Of a DNA stretch of 64,000 nt, positions 26,486-36,484 are shown one piece after another. A program made the position numbers and the translations under genes. The first letter of the stretch is position 1. Every line of letters starts with the position of its first letter. This DNA is from Monocercomonoides exilis PA203 (taxonomy: Eukaryota > Protista > Preaxostyla), in assembly GCA_001643675.2 (NCBI GenBank), contig LSRY02000031.1, forward strand, positions 372,001 to 436,000, given 5' to 3'. Below the pieces are notes generated by a model. The model worked only from the letters and a program-made list of their open reading frames with translations, ran no database searches and was not told the origin of the DNA.

Positions 26486-27039
26486 TATCCAAATTAAAAC
26501 CCTTTTTTTTTTTCAATCATAAAATTCAACAATAAAAACATATCCCTGTCAAAGAATATTGAGATTATATATATATTATGAAATCACAATATCCGTGAAG
26601 TGTTTTGAGAAACATTTAGCCCCATAATAACATAAAAATTCCTGCACTTTTTCTTTTCCGTTTTCCGGAGTTTCATGAATATATTGAGAAATATTTCTGA
26701 TGAAACTTGCACAAACATTTATTTATTTTTCATTTTTACATGGATGAAGAGGGAATTTTCAGTTTGTTTCAGTAATTTTAACAAACAGAAAATTTCTCAT
26801 TTTGAAGGCAGATAAAGCACAAATGTTTTTATTCACTTTCCTTCCTGCTCTATAATTTGTATTATTACGAAAACTCTGCTTTTACACCTTAACCTAATGA
26901 TATCAATAACTAAATGGCATATTTTTGAAAAATGATTCATTCAAGGCCATTCCACGTGATACCTGAGCAAAATAGACATATTTAGTATAACTGTTTGTTT
27001 TTATATGTGTTTCTTTTTGACCAATTTTATTTACTTCAG

Positions 27040-27500
27040 AAATGCTGCAATTGGTTCGAAAATGCAAAAGAAATGATTGTTTTCAAGACTCGGAATCTGA
27101 GGGGAAAGCAGATCTCAGAGCTTCAACAACAGAAATGCCAAATGAATTGAAGGTTTGAGGTTTTCTTTTAACAAAATTATTTTTGATATTTGCTTTTAGG
27201 AACGTTTTATTCAATCATCAGAAAATGGATTATTTTGATTATTAATCACAGAAACTTTCAAATCCTTCTCCGATTGCACAAAGATGTGAATAACATAACA
27301 ACACAATAGCGAAAATGGGAATATGGAAATTATTTTCTGGAAAAAGCAGTTATCAAGATTGAGCAATCTCCAAATCTTAGCTGATTTGACAAACAAGTAA
27401 TTGAAAATTCGAAATGAAGACAAGAAAAGGCTGAATTGAAGAATTTTTGAAGGAACAGGAAAATATCTGAAAAAGATAGAATTTCATTGGATAACTATTC
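27040..27500 (+). pseudogene. Degraded intron-containing gene remnant
   Basis: QDSESEGKADLRASTTEMPNELK, an apparent GTTTGA...TTTAG intron, then ERFIQSSENGLF* with multiple stops. Confidence 0.25.
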
Positions 27501-28287
27501 AAGAATGAAATGAAACGAGATTGAACAAAAAATAAATCTGCAATTTGAATTTAAAGGAGAATTCAGAAATTGACAGAAAATATTGTATGCCTCAAAGAAG
27601 AAGAAGACTTGAAAAACAGTTGATTAGAAATTGAAGAGAACATAATGGGGATCATCAAGAGAAACAATTGAAGAAAAATCAGAAAAGAGAAAGAACAGAG
27701 GATAAATAATCAAAAATCAATTTCTCTTTTGAAAAAACGGTAAAAAAAGAAATTCCATTAAAAAACGTGTCAGAAAAGGAGGATTCGGAGATACGATGAA
27801 GAGTTGAAGCAATTTTTACTGAATGAAGCAAAAGCAATAATGAGCGGCTTTGGAGCATTCGGAATTATTTCTTGGTATTTTTATTTTTATTTCTTTTCAT
27901 TTTTTGATATTTTTTTTCTCTATTTGTATTTTCAGAAATATTTAAAACCAGGTGAAGAAAATAGGGCGATATCAAATGAATGAAAATAATTTAACGAGAA
28001 AGGGGATTACGAAAAGGAGATAAGAATTAGAAACATTTCATTCAAACGGAATATACAAGAAAGATGAGATTCAAGAATATTAAAGAAAAAAGAAAAAATT
28101 TATTGAAGAAGGCAGTTTCTTGAAATTAATGTTAAAATAGAATGAATAAGAAAAATGGAAATAAAAGCAAAGAATTGGATTTTGAAAATGGAATCAATGC
28201 AGGAAATTATATTTATTTATTGTTCTTATAGATAATGGGATAAAATCAGAAATATGGGATCATGAACCCATAATCATCATTGAAACA

Positions 28288-31200
28288 ATGATTCCCTTCG
28301 TTTTTCATGTGTGTTTGTTGTCAGCCATTTGTAGCAAAGATGGAAATGATAGATTGAGAAATGAATATGATTCTTTCCATGTTCGTGGAATGGAGAAGAG
28401 AAGTATTTTTGGGAAGGGAAGTATTGTTCAAATGTTCTGCGAAATGTTTAACTCATCAGTTGAATTGAAGGGGATGTTGCTTGAAAAGCCAGATAATTGT
28501 GCGATGCTCGAAATAAGAGCAGGATCATTGCTGCAGGTTGAGGGGAGTGTGTTTGAGAGAAACAATGAGATGAATGGTCATTATGTGAGGAATGGAGGGA
28601 CATGCTCACTGATTAACACGACTTTGAGTGTCGTGAATTGTCAGGAATGTGGAATGATGGGGAGTGTGGTGGAGATGGAAGGGGGTGATTTGTCTTCGTT
28701 GTTTGTGAGAAATAGTGAGTTTGAGGATGTTGTGTTTTGTGGGAGCGGATGCAGTTTTTTGAGAGATGGTTCAGGAAGTCTTGAAGGAATACAAAACTGC
28801 AAATTTGCGAATATCACAAAGAAATCTTGTGTGACAGAGGAAATGCAAACTGTGAAAGAGAGGATGATGATGAAGAGTTCAATGGAGAATTGTGATGTTA
28901 AACGATCGATGAATGTGCTGGAGGGAGGGATTGTGAGTGGAACAGAAGGATCCGTTTCTTTTTTTTGCAATAATTGCACATTTGTTCAGAATGAAAGAGT
29001 GGATCGGAAAGTGAGAAACACAAATAGGGTTGAAACCACTGTGACACAGACACATAAGAATGCTGAATGGATTGGATGCAATGCTTCATGTGGTGGAGCA
29101 CTGTATGTTCATGATAATTCGAGTGCAACACTGACTGTTGAGAATTCGTCATTTGTGAAGTGCAACGCGACATCCACAAGAGGAGGAGGAATATTTGCTT
29201 TGAAAATTGGAGAATGCACTGTAAAACATTCCACATTTGTTGAGTGCTATTGTGTTTCATCAACAAATAATGGAGGTGCTGGGATAGAAATCGAGAGTAT
29301 TACTGAACAGGTGCTTGTTGATAATTGTTTGTTCCAAGATGGATGGTCTGGAAATGATGCTGGAGGACTTGGAATCTGGAGATCGAATATTAAAAAGTCA
29401 AAAGACTGCGTGTTTAATTGTTTTTTCCAAAATTGTAGTGTACATAATTCAACGAGTTCAGATGGTGGAGGATTGGCGAATTGGTATAATTTAAATAAAA
29501 TTGTTGCACATAACTGTCTTTTTCAAGGATGCCATTCAGATTTACATGGAGGAGGTGTAAGTATCATGGAAAATGGATATAGTGGAAATCTTTTGTGGTT
29601 TTGCTTTTTTCATAACAATACTGCTCCATATGGTAATGACTTTTATGTGGATGACTATTCCACAGACTCCCAGATTGTTTATTGTTATTCAACAAGAACT
29701 GGCGGAAATAGATATTATGCAGGTGGAGATAAGAGCGATTGGCTTCCCAATGAAGGAGGAAGAAGCAGATTTGTCGCTTCGAAGGAGAATCAGACAAATG
29801 CGAACGATTCATTCAGCTGTGGATTGAATGAATCGTGTGCATGCCTCACAATAAGCCATTGCCTTTCCCAAATGATTGAAGGATTTGTGGAAGAAATCAA
29901 GGTGTTGAGTGGAACAGTTGTGGAAGAAAAAGGAGTTGATGTTGGGGAGAAAACGATCACTGTGAATGGTGTTTCTTCATCTGGTTCTTCCATTGAAACA
30001 AAATTTGAGGGAAATGGACTGAGTCTGTTTTGTGTTGGAACAGGGAAATTGAGTGTGAGTGATCTGTCAGTTGTTCACAACACCTCATATGAAAACAACA
30101 GGCAAGGCAGACTGTTTGAGGTTGAGGGAAGTGGGTTGATGGATGTGAAGAGAATGAACATCTCGATGGATTCAGCTCATTCGGAAGAGAGGAGCATTCA
30201 AAACTCACTTGTGAAAGTGGAAGGGGGAGAGTTGAAGATGCAAGATGTGAGATGGGGCAGAGAATTCAGCACAACGAGTGTGATATCACTTTCTCAAGGA
30301 TCTTCTGTGACATTGTCTCTGGAAAACTGCACATTCAACAACATTGTGAGAACAACAGCAGGATCATCTCTGATAAGTGCCAGTGAAGGGTCATATTCGA
30401 TAACTCTTGATGGATGCACGATTGATGGTTGTGGGAATGAAGACTCTGAGTTTGGAGGAGGGATGATGGTTGAAATGGGAAGTGGGAGTTCATTGAGTGT
30501 GAAAGGAGGTATTGTGAAGAACTGTTATGCCTCAACAATTCAAGGCAGAGGAGGAGGGATTGGGCTGAAAGTGAGAGACGCAAGTTCAGAGTTTCTGATT
30601 TCATCAGGATTTGAAGGAAACAGGGCCAGATGGGGAAGTGACATTTTTGTTGACTCGATCGATCTGGAATCAACTGCAACAAGTGGGAAGATCGCTTCAT
30701 TGACTGCTTCATTGGAAACAAAGAGCAAGATGCAGGGATATGAAAATGGGGATGAATCGTTCCCTATTCCACTGTGTGTCTATTTGTGGAACAACTTTTC
30801 AGCACCAGCGTTTGTTGGAGGAGGATCATTGAGCCATGATTTCTCGAAGTGTGGATTTGAAGAGTTTCCGTGTTCATCTATTTCGAAGGCAGCCACAATC
30901 CACTTTGAAGGGAAGAAAAAGGATGTTGCTCTTCTTGAGCCATTTGTCTTTGAGGAGGAATTGGGGTTGACTTCAGATGAATGGAGCATCGCATCCAAAG
31001 AGAACGAGATGAAGTGTGATGTTTGTGATCGGAAAGAGGGAGCTCAAAGTGGATTGATTGAAAACACAGTTTCTGTGTGTGTGACAGGCATTGTATTTTC
31101 ATTGAAGAAATCGCTGATGTTTCATGAGAGTGTGTTTGAGTGCCATTCAGGGAAGCTCACACTGAATGGATGTGGGATGGAAGGAGGCACTGAGTCTATT

Positions 31201-34200
31201 TCAACAGTGTTTGTGAAGGCTGTTGGGGGGGTTGTGGAGGTGAGTGAGTTTGGATCAGAGAATATGAAAATTGGAGATTCATCGATATTTGTTGTTGAAG
31301 GGAATGCTGAAAGTGTGCCTTCACTGAATATGACGAACAGCCATTTTTCCGAAATCACATTTGGTGATGGGTGTGTTGTTGAGTGCCACGAGGGGATTGT
31401 TGAAGAGATGTCAGGATGCACATTTTCATCGATCACTCGTTGGAAGGGAAGTGGAGGATGCATCAGCATCACGAACAAGAATGATAATAATGGAAGAGAT
31501 TTCAAAGTGAAAATAGAAGACTGCACATTCGAAGGGTGTGCTATCACTGGAGAGGAGGGAACTGAGATTGGAGGAGGTGCACTCTTTTGTGAGGCATCTT
31601 CAAAAACGAATCTGTTGATTAATATGTGTTCGTTTTATTGTTGCACAGCACCATATGGAGAGGGAAGTGTTGGATATGGAGGAGGAATAATGTTGAAGAT
31701 AATAAACGAGGAAGAGGCAGGGTTTGTGATATCCTCACCAGTTTTTTCATCTGAGAAGCCGAACAATGCGAAATATGGGAAGGATCTGTTCATTTCATCT
31801 CCATCGCTTGCCAAGAGCATCAAGAACGAAACACTTCCATTTGTGAAAGATAGACTGGAGGAATTGACCGAAGACTCTCTGATGGGATATGATGGAGAAA
31901 ACAAGGAGTGTGCAATCCCACTGATCTATTTCTGGAAAGAGGTTGAATCGAGTGTATATATTGCAGAGGAAGGAAACAATATTGTTGCGTGTGGCTTTCC
32001 AAATCTTCCGTGCCGATCTGTTGATTATGGGATGAATCGGATTGGCAGTTCAACAGTGGAGCAGATGATGATTCATGGGATTTGTGATGTGAGGAGTGAA
32101 ATGAGTGTGAGCGGGATGAAGGTTGAAGGAACAAATGGTGAGTCAGACAAAATCCAATTTACTCAAACACTTGAAGGGGATGGAGATGCTGTTGTTGAGT
32201 GCAAAGGGGTTGTTCAGTTCAGTGAATTGGGGATTCTGATTCCCAGTGCCTTTGAGAATGGAGCAAAGATCCTTATCCAGACAGGTTCAGATGCAGTCAA
32301 AACGGGTGTTATTGGATGCTCAATTCACGCAATTGGCAATGATGAAAGTGATGTGTCATTTGTTCTGATCAGTGCATTGAAAGGAATTATTTCTATTGAA
32401 AATACAGAAATAGCTGGATTCTCAACGATGCATGAGATAATGAGCATATCAGCTGATTGTGTGACAACCATGAACAGTGTGACATTTGAAGATATTTCAT
32501 TGATCGGGAAAAGTGCAATCACGATGAGTGAAAGTGTGATTTCTGAGAGGAAGAATGATAATGAAGGAGAAATATGGAACATTCTTTTTGAGCAATGCAC
32601 ATTTGTGAATGTGAAGCACAGCGTGTCAAACAACCCTTCATTGCTTTGTTGCGGTGAGCAAAATGTGGCGAAATTGAAAATGCACAATTCGACAATCCGT
32701 GATTGTGGATCAACAAGCTCGAATGAAGGGGGAGCTGTATTCTTTGGACTCAGCGAAGGCGGATTGTCGGAAATCAACCACACAAATGTGACAGAATGTT
32801 TCTGCTCAAACATTGGGAGAGGCGGAGGGATGTTTTTGAAATCACAGAGTGTCTCACAGAAGGCATTGCCATTTGTGCTGTCGAACATCACATTCAAGGA
32901 GAATGTTGCATCGAAGGGGAGAGATGTGTTTGTGAAGTGCACAGATCTTGACTCGCAGATAAGTGAGTCACAATTCCTGATAAATTTTGGGGAGCCATTT
33001 GTGAGGGAGCTGGCGATATGGGGGTGCACAGCAGACAATTATGGGGATGAAGAGGATCTGCTGAGGAGGGTGTTTGTGTTCAGGAGCGAATTCATATTTG
33101 TTTCATCGATTGTGGAGAACAGGAGCGACAGCAAGCAGTGCGGGGAGATGAAGAGCACATGCAGATCACTGAATGTTGGGGTGAGCCACATCATCCCATC
33201 GGATTATTCGCAGTTATTGATCTGGAACGAGACAGAATTGACTGGTTCGTGCTCAGCTGAGAAGGTGACGATCAAGTCGATGGAGGCGAGCAGGAATGGG
33301 GAGATAAAAGTGAATGAAATTAATTTAGCTGATGAAGGAGCTGTGAGAACTTCAGAATCTGTTCGATTTGAGAAGGTGTCATTTGTTTTTTGTGGAACGG
33401 AGAATATTGTCTGCTCGTGCTTGATGCACCAGCTGAATGGATCTCTCATTCTGGAATCTGTTTCATTTGTGTCAGAGAGCAGAACAGCAGAAAATACACA
33501 GACCCTTTTTGACTTTTCTCTGATTGTTGTTGAAGAAGGGTTGTTTGAGGCAGATCGATGCAGTGTTGGCCACTTGAAATTCTCAAAGGCTATATTCGAG
33601 ATATTGCATTCAGAAAGGGCAACATTTGAGGATGTGGGAGTGGATGGTGTCCAGTGCAAGAACTCGTTGATTGAATGTGGGAAAAGTGAGAAAGTGAGTA
33701 TTTCGAAGTTGGCAGCCACAAATATTGGGTTGGAAGAGAGAAGCCTGATCTCAGTTGAAAACAGCCACTCATCACTCGTTTTGTCATTGATATTATCATC
33801 ATTCACAAACATCAGCCGATCAACTTCTGGATCAAGCATTGTTTGCACAAGTCAGCCGATGAGTGGATTTGAGATGTGCAACTGCTCTTTTCATAAGTGC
33901 ACATCAGAGTCACCAAAGGGGAGCCAGGTGGCGATAACAAATGCAAACAAAATGTTAGTCGATTTGTGCGTGTTTGAGGGGAATCTGGAAACAGGAACAG
34001 AAAGGAATGGGGTTTCTGAGGAAGTGTGCAAATGGAATGGGTCAGTTGTTGACTTGTCGATGAGTGAAGCAGTTGTGAGAGACACCACGATTTGCAGCTC
34101 GTCGAAGGGAGGGATGAGTGTGAGTGGAGGATCTGTGACGATAGAGGCATGCAATTTCAGCAACAACAATCCTTCGATTGAGAATTACCCATCAGTGAGA

Positions 34201-36015
34201 AGAAACATTATTTGTTCTGATTCTGGAGCATTGAATGTGGTGAGTTTGAAAGGTGGAGATGGGGTTAAAGATAATTCTTCACTTTGGATTCTGAATGAAG
34301 GATGCAATTTTGAGGGAATTATTTCTGAAAGAGCATCTTTATTCTTCATTCCAGTCCTGGAGAGTGTTGAAACAAAGGAAGTGGGAGAAGAAGTGGAGGT
34401 TGTGTTCAAAGGAAAGGAGCTGCTGCCATGCGACTTGTCATTCATGGTTGTGAGGCAGATGGGAGAAGAAAAGCAGATTGAGAAGCATGAGTTTGATGAA
34501 AGTGGATGTGTGTCAGAGACAGAAGTTGAAGGGAGACTGCCAAAAGAGACGATAATGGAAGCAGGAGAAATGGTGGAAGTGAGTGTGTGCATTCTGTTTG
34601 GAGATGACAATAATCCATCATCAACTGATTCTTTCATCCTGAAGAACAAGAGCGAATCAAAAACAAATGGAGAAGGAAAGCTTGTTGAAGGAGGAAAAGA
34701 AGGGAAATCTTTTTGGTTATTGATTGTTATTATCATGGGATTTGTTCTTCTTGTCATTCTGATTGTGGCAGTGATATTGGCTGTAAGATGGAGGAAACAA
34801 AAGAGAAGAACAGAGGAATTGGAAGAGATTGTGAATGACACAGTGAAAAAGGATCCGAAGCTGATTGAGATGGTGACAATGGAGATGTCACCTGAGGAAC
34901 AGTGGCGAAGAGCAGAGAGGGAGGCAGAGAAGAAGAATGAAGAGAGGATCAAAAAGAGAGTGTATGCGAAAAGCTTGGGGCACTCAGAATCATCTGAGCA
35001 TCTTCTGTCTGAGAGTGGTTCCACTGAATACATTCTGGGAAGAGATTCAGGAAAGATTCCTGATTGGGTTCTTGAGAAGGTTGAAGAAGAAGAGATTCAA
35101 AAGAGATCGCCATCGCCTTCCATTTCATCCACTTCAACAACTGACTCAGATTCAACATTTGTTAGAGGGGAGGATTTGTGCCCAACCACCTCATCGATGT
35201 CAAACTTGGTGGATGCAATGGCATGTTCTTCTCCTCATGAGAAGCTGATTGTGGACTTGAGGGATTCATTGTTCATGCTGTTGCATGGAAGGAACGAGAA
35301 GAAAGAGATGGCAATCGGTACTCTGCAGGAAAGGGAAATGACAGCTGCACAGGTCTTGTTCTGGGTGGCGAATGGGGCACTCCACTCCTTTGATGAAATA
35401 GAAAACCCACTTCAGTCATTGGCCAATCTGAGTCCTCACATTGTGCTGTTCTCCGAACACATGGTCATCTGCATTGTGATGCACTCTGACTTATTGTCTG
35501 ATGATGACTCAAATTCATCCTCCATCTCTTCATCAACAGTTGTCACATCTGCAAGTGACGATGATGAGGATAGTGACTCTCTTCCTTCATCAGCCTTTGA
35601 GGATGAGGACCTTTTCAAAAAAGAGTGCTTGAGATGGAAAGCACCAGAGCTGCTGATGAACAAGAAGATGGGGGCGACGAAGGAGTCGGTTGTGTTCTCG
35701 ATTGGGATGATGGTGTGGGAGTGTCTGACACTGCAGATTCCGTTTGGGGAGTATGAGGCAGAGGTTGCTGGACAGAAGATTGTGAATGGGGAAAGGCCTG
35801 ATGCAGTTCGAGTTCGTGAGTCAACGCTCTATCGATTCGTTTCACTGTGCTTTTCTCAGCAGATGGAAGAGAGGCCAGATCTTGTTGAAGCAAAAAGAGA
35901 GTTCATCCAGCGTTTTCCTCAGGGAGCTGCTGTACTCACAATTTCAGACGCCGTGGATTATGAGATGTACAGCCATTGTAACAAAAGTGAAGAGGAAGGT
36001 GAAGATTTTTTATGA
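28288..36015 (+). CDS. Type I membrane receptor-like protein: signal peptide, Cys-rich beta-helix (PMP/pectin-lyase-like) ectodomain, TM helix, C-terminal kinase-like (pseudokinase) region
   Basis: 2575-aa single ORF with hydrophobic N-terminus; GGA/GGG and FxxN motifs; four CG-x4-(P)C modules; TM FWLLIVIIMGFVLLVILIVAVILAV (~34710-34790); CLRWKAPEL, VFSIGMMVWECLTLQIPF and ERP match kinase subdomains VIII-XI. Confidence 0.85.
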   Translation: MIPFVFHVCLLSAICSKDGNDRLRNEYDSFHVRGMEKRSIFGKGSIVQMFCEMFNSSVELKGMLLEKPDNCAMLEIRAGSLLQVEGSVFERNNEMNGHYVRNGGTCSLINTTLSVVNCQECGMMGSVVEMEGGDLSSLFVRNSEFEDVVFCGSGCSFLRDGSGSLEGIQNCKFANITKKSCVTEEMQTVKERMMMKSSMENCDVKRSMNVLEGGIVSGTEGSVSFFCNNCTFVQNERVDRKVRNTNRVETTVTQTHKNAEWIGCNASCGGALYVHDNSSATLTVENSSFVKCNATSTRGGGIFALKIGECTVKHSTFVECYCVSSTNNGGAGIEIESITEQVLVDNCLFQDGWSGNDAGGLGIWRSNIKKSKDCVFNCFFQNCSVHNSTSSDGGGLANWYNLNKIVAHNCLFQGCHSDLHGGGVSIMENGYSGNLLWFCFFHNNTAPYGNDFYVDDYSTDSQIVYCYSTRTGGNRYYAGGDKSDWLPNEGGRSRFVASKENQTNANDSFSCGLNESCACLTISHCLSQMIEGFVEEIKVLSGTVVEEKGVDVGEKTITVNGVSSSGSSIETKFEGNGLSLFCVGTGKLSVSDLSVVHNTSYENNRQGRLFEVEGSGLMDVKRMNISMDSAHSEERSIQNSLVKVEGGELKMQDVRWGREFSTTSVISLSQGSSVTLSLENCTFNNIVRTTAGSSLISASEGSYSITLDGCTIDGCGNEDSEFGGGMMVEMGSGSSLSVKGGIVKNCYASTIQGRGGGIGLKVRDASSEFLISSGFEGNRARWGSDIFVDSIDLESTATSGKIASLTASLETKSKMQGYENGDESFPIPLCVYLWNNFSAPAFVGGGSLSHDFSKCGFEEFPCSSISKAATIHFEGKKKDVALLEPFVFEEELGLTSDEWSIASKENEMKCDVCDRKEGAQSGLIENTVSVCVTGIVFSLKKSLMFHESVFECHSGKLTLNGCGMEGGTESISTVFVKAVGGVVEVSEFGSENMKIGDSSIFVVEGNAESVPSLNMTNSHFSEITFGDGCVVECHEGIVEEMSGCTFSSITRWKGSGGCISITNKNDNNGRDFKVKIEDCTFEGCAITGEEGTEIGGGALFCEASSKTNLLINMCSFYCCTAPYGEGSVGYGGGIMLKIINEEEAGFVISSPVFSSEKPNNAKYGKDLFISSPSLAKSIKNETLPFVKDRLEELTEDSLMGYDGENKECAIPLIYFWKEVESSVYIAEEGNNIVACGFPNLPCRSVDYGMNRIGSSTVEQMMIHGICDVRSEMSVSGMKVEGTNGESDKIQFTQTLEGDGDAVVECKGVVQFSELGILIPSAFENGAKILIQTGSDAVKTGVIGCSIHAIGNDESDVSFVLISALKGIISIENTEIAGFSTMHEIMSISADCVTTMNSVTFEDISLIGKSAITMSESVISERKNDNEGEIWNILFEQCTFVNVKHSVSNNPSLLCCGEQNVAKLKMHNSTIRDCGSTSSNEGGAVFFGLSEGGLSEINHTNVTECFCSNIGRGGGMFLKSQSVSQKALPFVLSNITFKENVASKGRDVFVKCTDLDSQISESQFLINFGEPFVRELAIWGCTADNYGDEEDLLRRVFVFRSEFIFVSSIVENRSDSKQCGEMKSTCRSLNVGVSHIIPSDYSQLLIWNETELTGSCSAEKVTIKSMEASRNGEIKVNEINLADEGAVRTSESVRFEKVSFVFCGTENIVCSCLMHQLNGSLILESVSFVSESRTAENTQTLFDFSLIVVEEGLFEADRCSVGHLKFSKAIFEILHSERATFEDVGVDGVQCKNSLIECGKSEKVSISKLAATNIGLEERSLISVENSHSSLVLSLILSSFTNISRSTSGSSIVCTSQPMSGFEMCNCSFHKCTSESPKGSQVAITNANKMLVDLCVFEGNLETGTERNGVSEEVCKWNGSVVDLSMSEAVVRDTTICSSSKGGMSVSGGSVTIEACNFSNNNPSIENYPSVRRNIICSDSGALNVVSLKGGDGVKDNSSLWILNEGCNFEGIISERASLFFIPVLESVETKEVGEEVEVVFKGKELLPCDLSFMVVRQMGEEKQIEKHEFDESGCVSETEVEGRLPKETIMEAGEMVEVSVCILFGDDNNPSSTDSFILKNKSESKTNGEGKLVEGGKEGKSFWLLIVIIMGFVLLVILIVAVILAVRWRKQKRRTEELEEIVNDTVKKDPKLIEMVTMEMSPEEQWRRAEREAEKKNEERIKKRVYAKSLGHSESSEHLLSESGSTEYILGRDSGKIPDWVLEKVEEEEIQKRSPSPSISSTSTTDSDSTFVRGEDLCPTTSSMSNLVDAMACSSPHEKLIVDLRDSLFMLLHGRNEKKEMAIGTLQEREMTAAQVLFWVANGALHSFDEIENPLQSLANLSPHIVLFSEHMVICIVMHSDLLSDDDSNSSSISSSTVVTSASDDDEDSDSLPSSAFEDEDLFKKECLRWKAPELLMNKKMGATKESVVFSIGMMVWECLTLQIPFGEYEAEVAGQKIVNGERPDAVRVRESTLYRFVSLCFSQQMEERPDLVEAKREFIQRFPQGAAVLTISDAVDYEMYSHCNKSEEEGEDFL

Positions 36016-36164
36016 ACCACAGCAACTTCGAACACAAAAGAAATTTCTGTCTTTTTTAATGTGCAGGAATCGTAGACATTCTCACTTCACCAGATATATT
36101 ATAAGACTTCTTTTTGCTGAGCATAAAGTTGCATGGATAGTTTGTTTCAGCAACAGCAAAAAAA

Positions 36165-36240
36165 AAGAAAGAAAGAAAGAAAAAGAAAAAGAAAAAGAAA
36201 AAGAAAAAGAAAAGAAAGAAAGAAAGAAAGAAAGAAAAAA
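36165..36240. repeat. (AAAG)n/(GAAAAA)n microsatellite
   Basis: Seen directly. Confidence 0.85.
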
Positions 36241-36484
36241 TTCATTGGCAATTTTCAACTTAACATGATAATCATTTTTCTTCAAGGTTTCTTTTCTTTT
36301 CTATTTTTCCAATTTTTGAAGTCGACTTTATTGCTCGAATTTTGATAAATTTTTATTTCCTTTTCCTAGAAAAGGTGTCATGAGCGAGCGCACAAAACCC
36401 GCTCCCTTCATCAGCAAAACCAAACAGTATCATTTCTTGATTCATATTTCAGACAGATTATTCTAAATCTTATTTAGAGGAATA

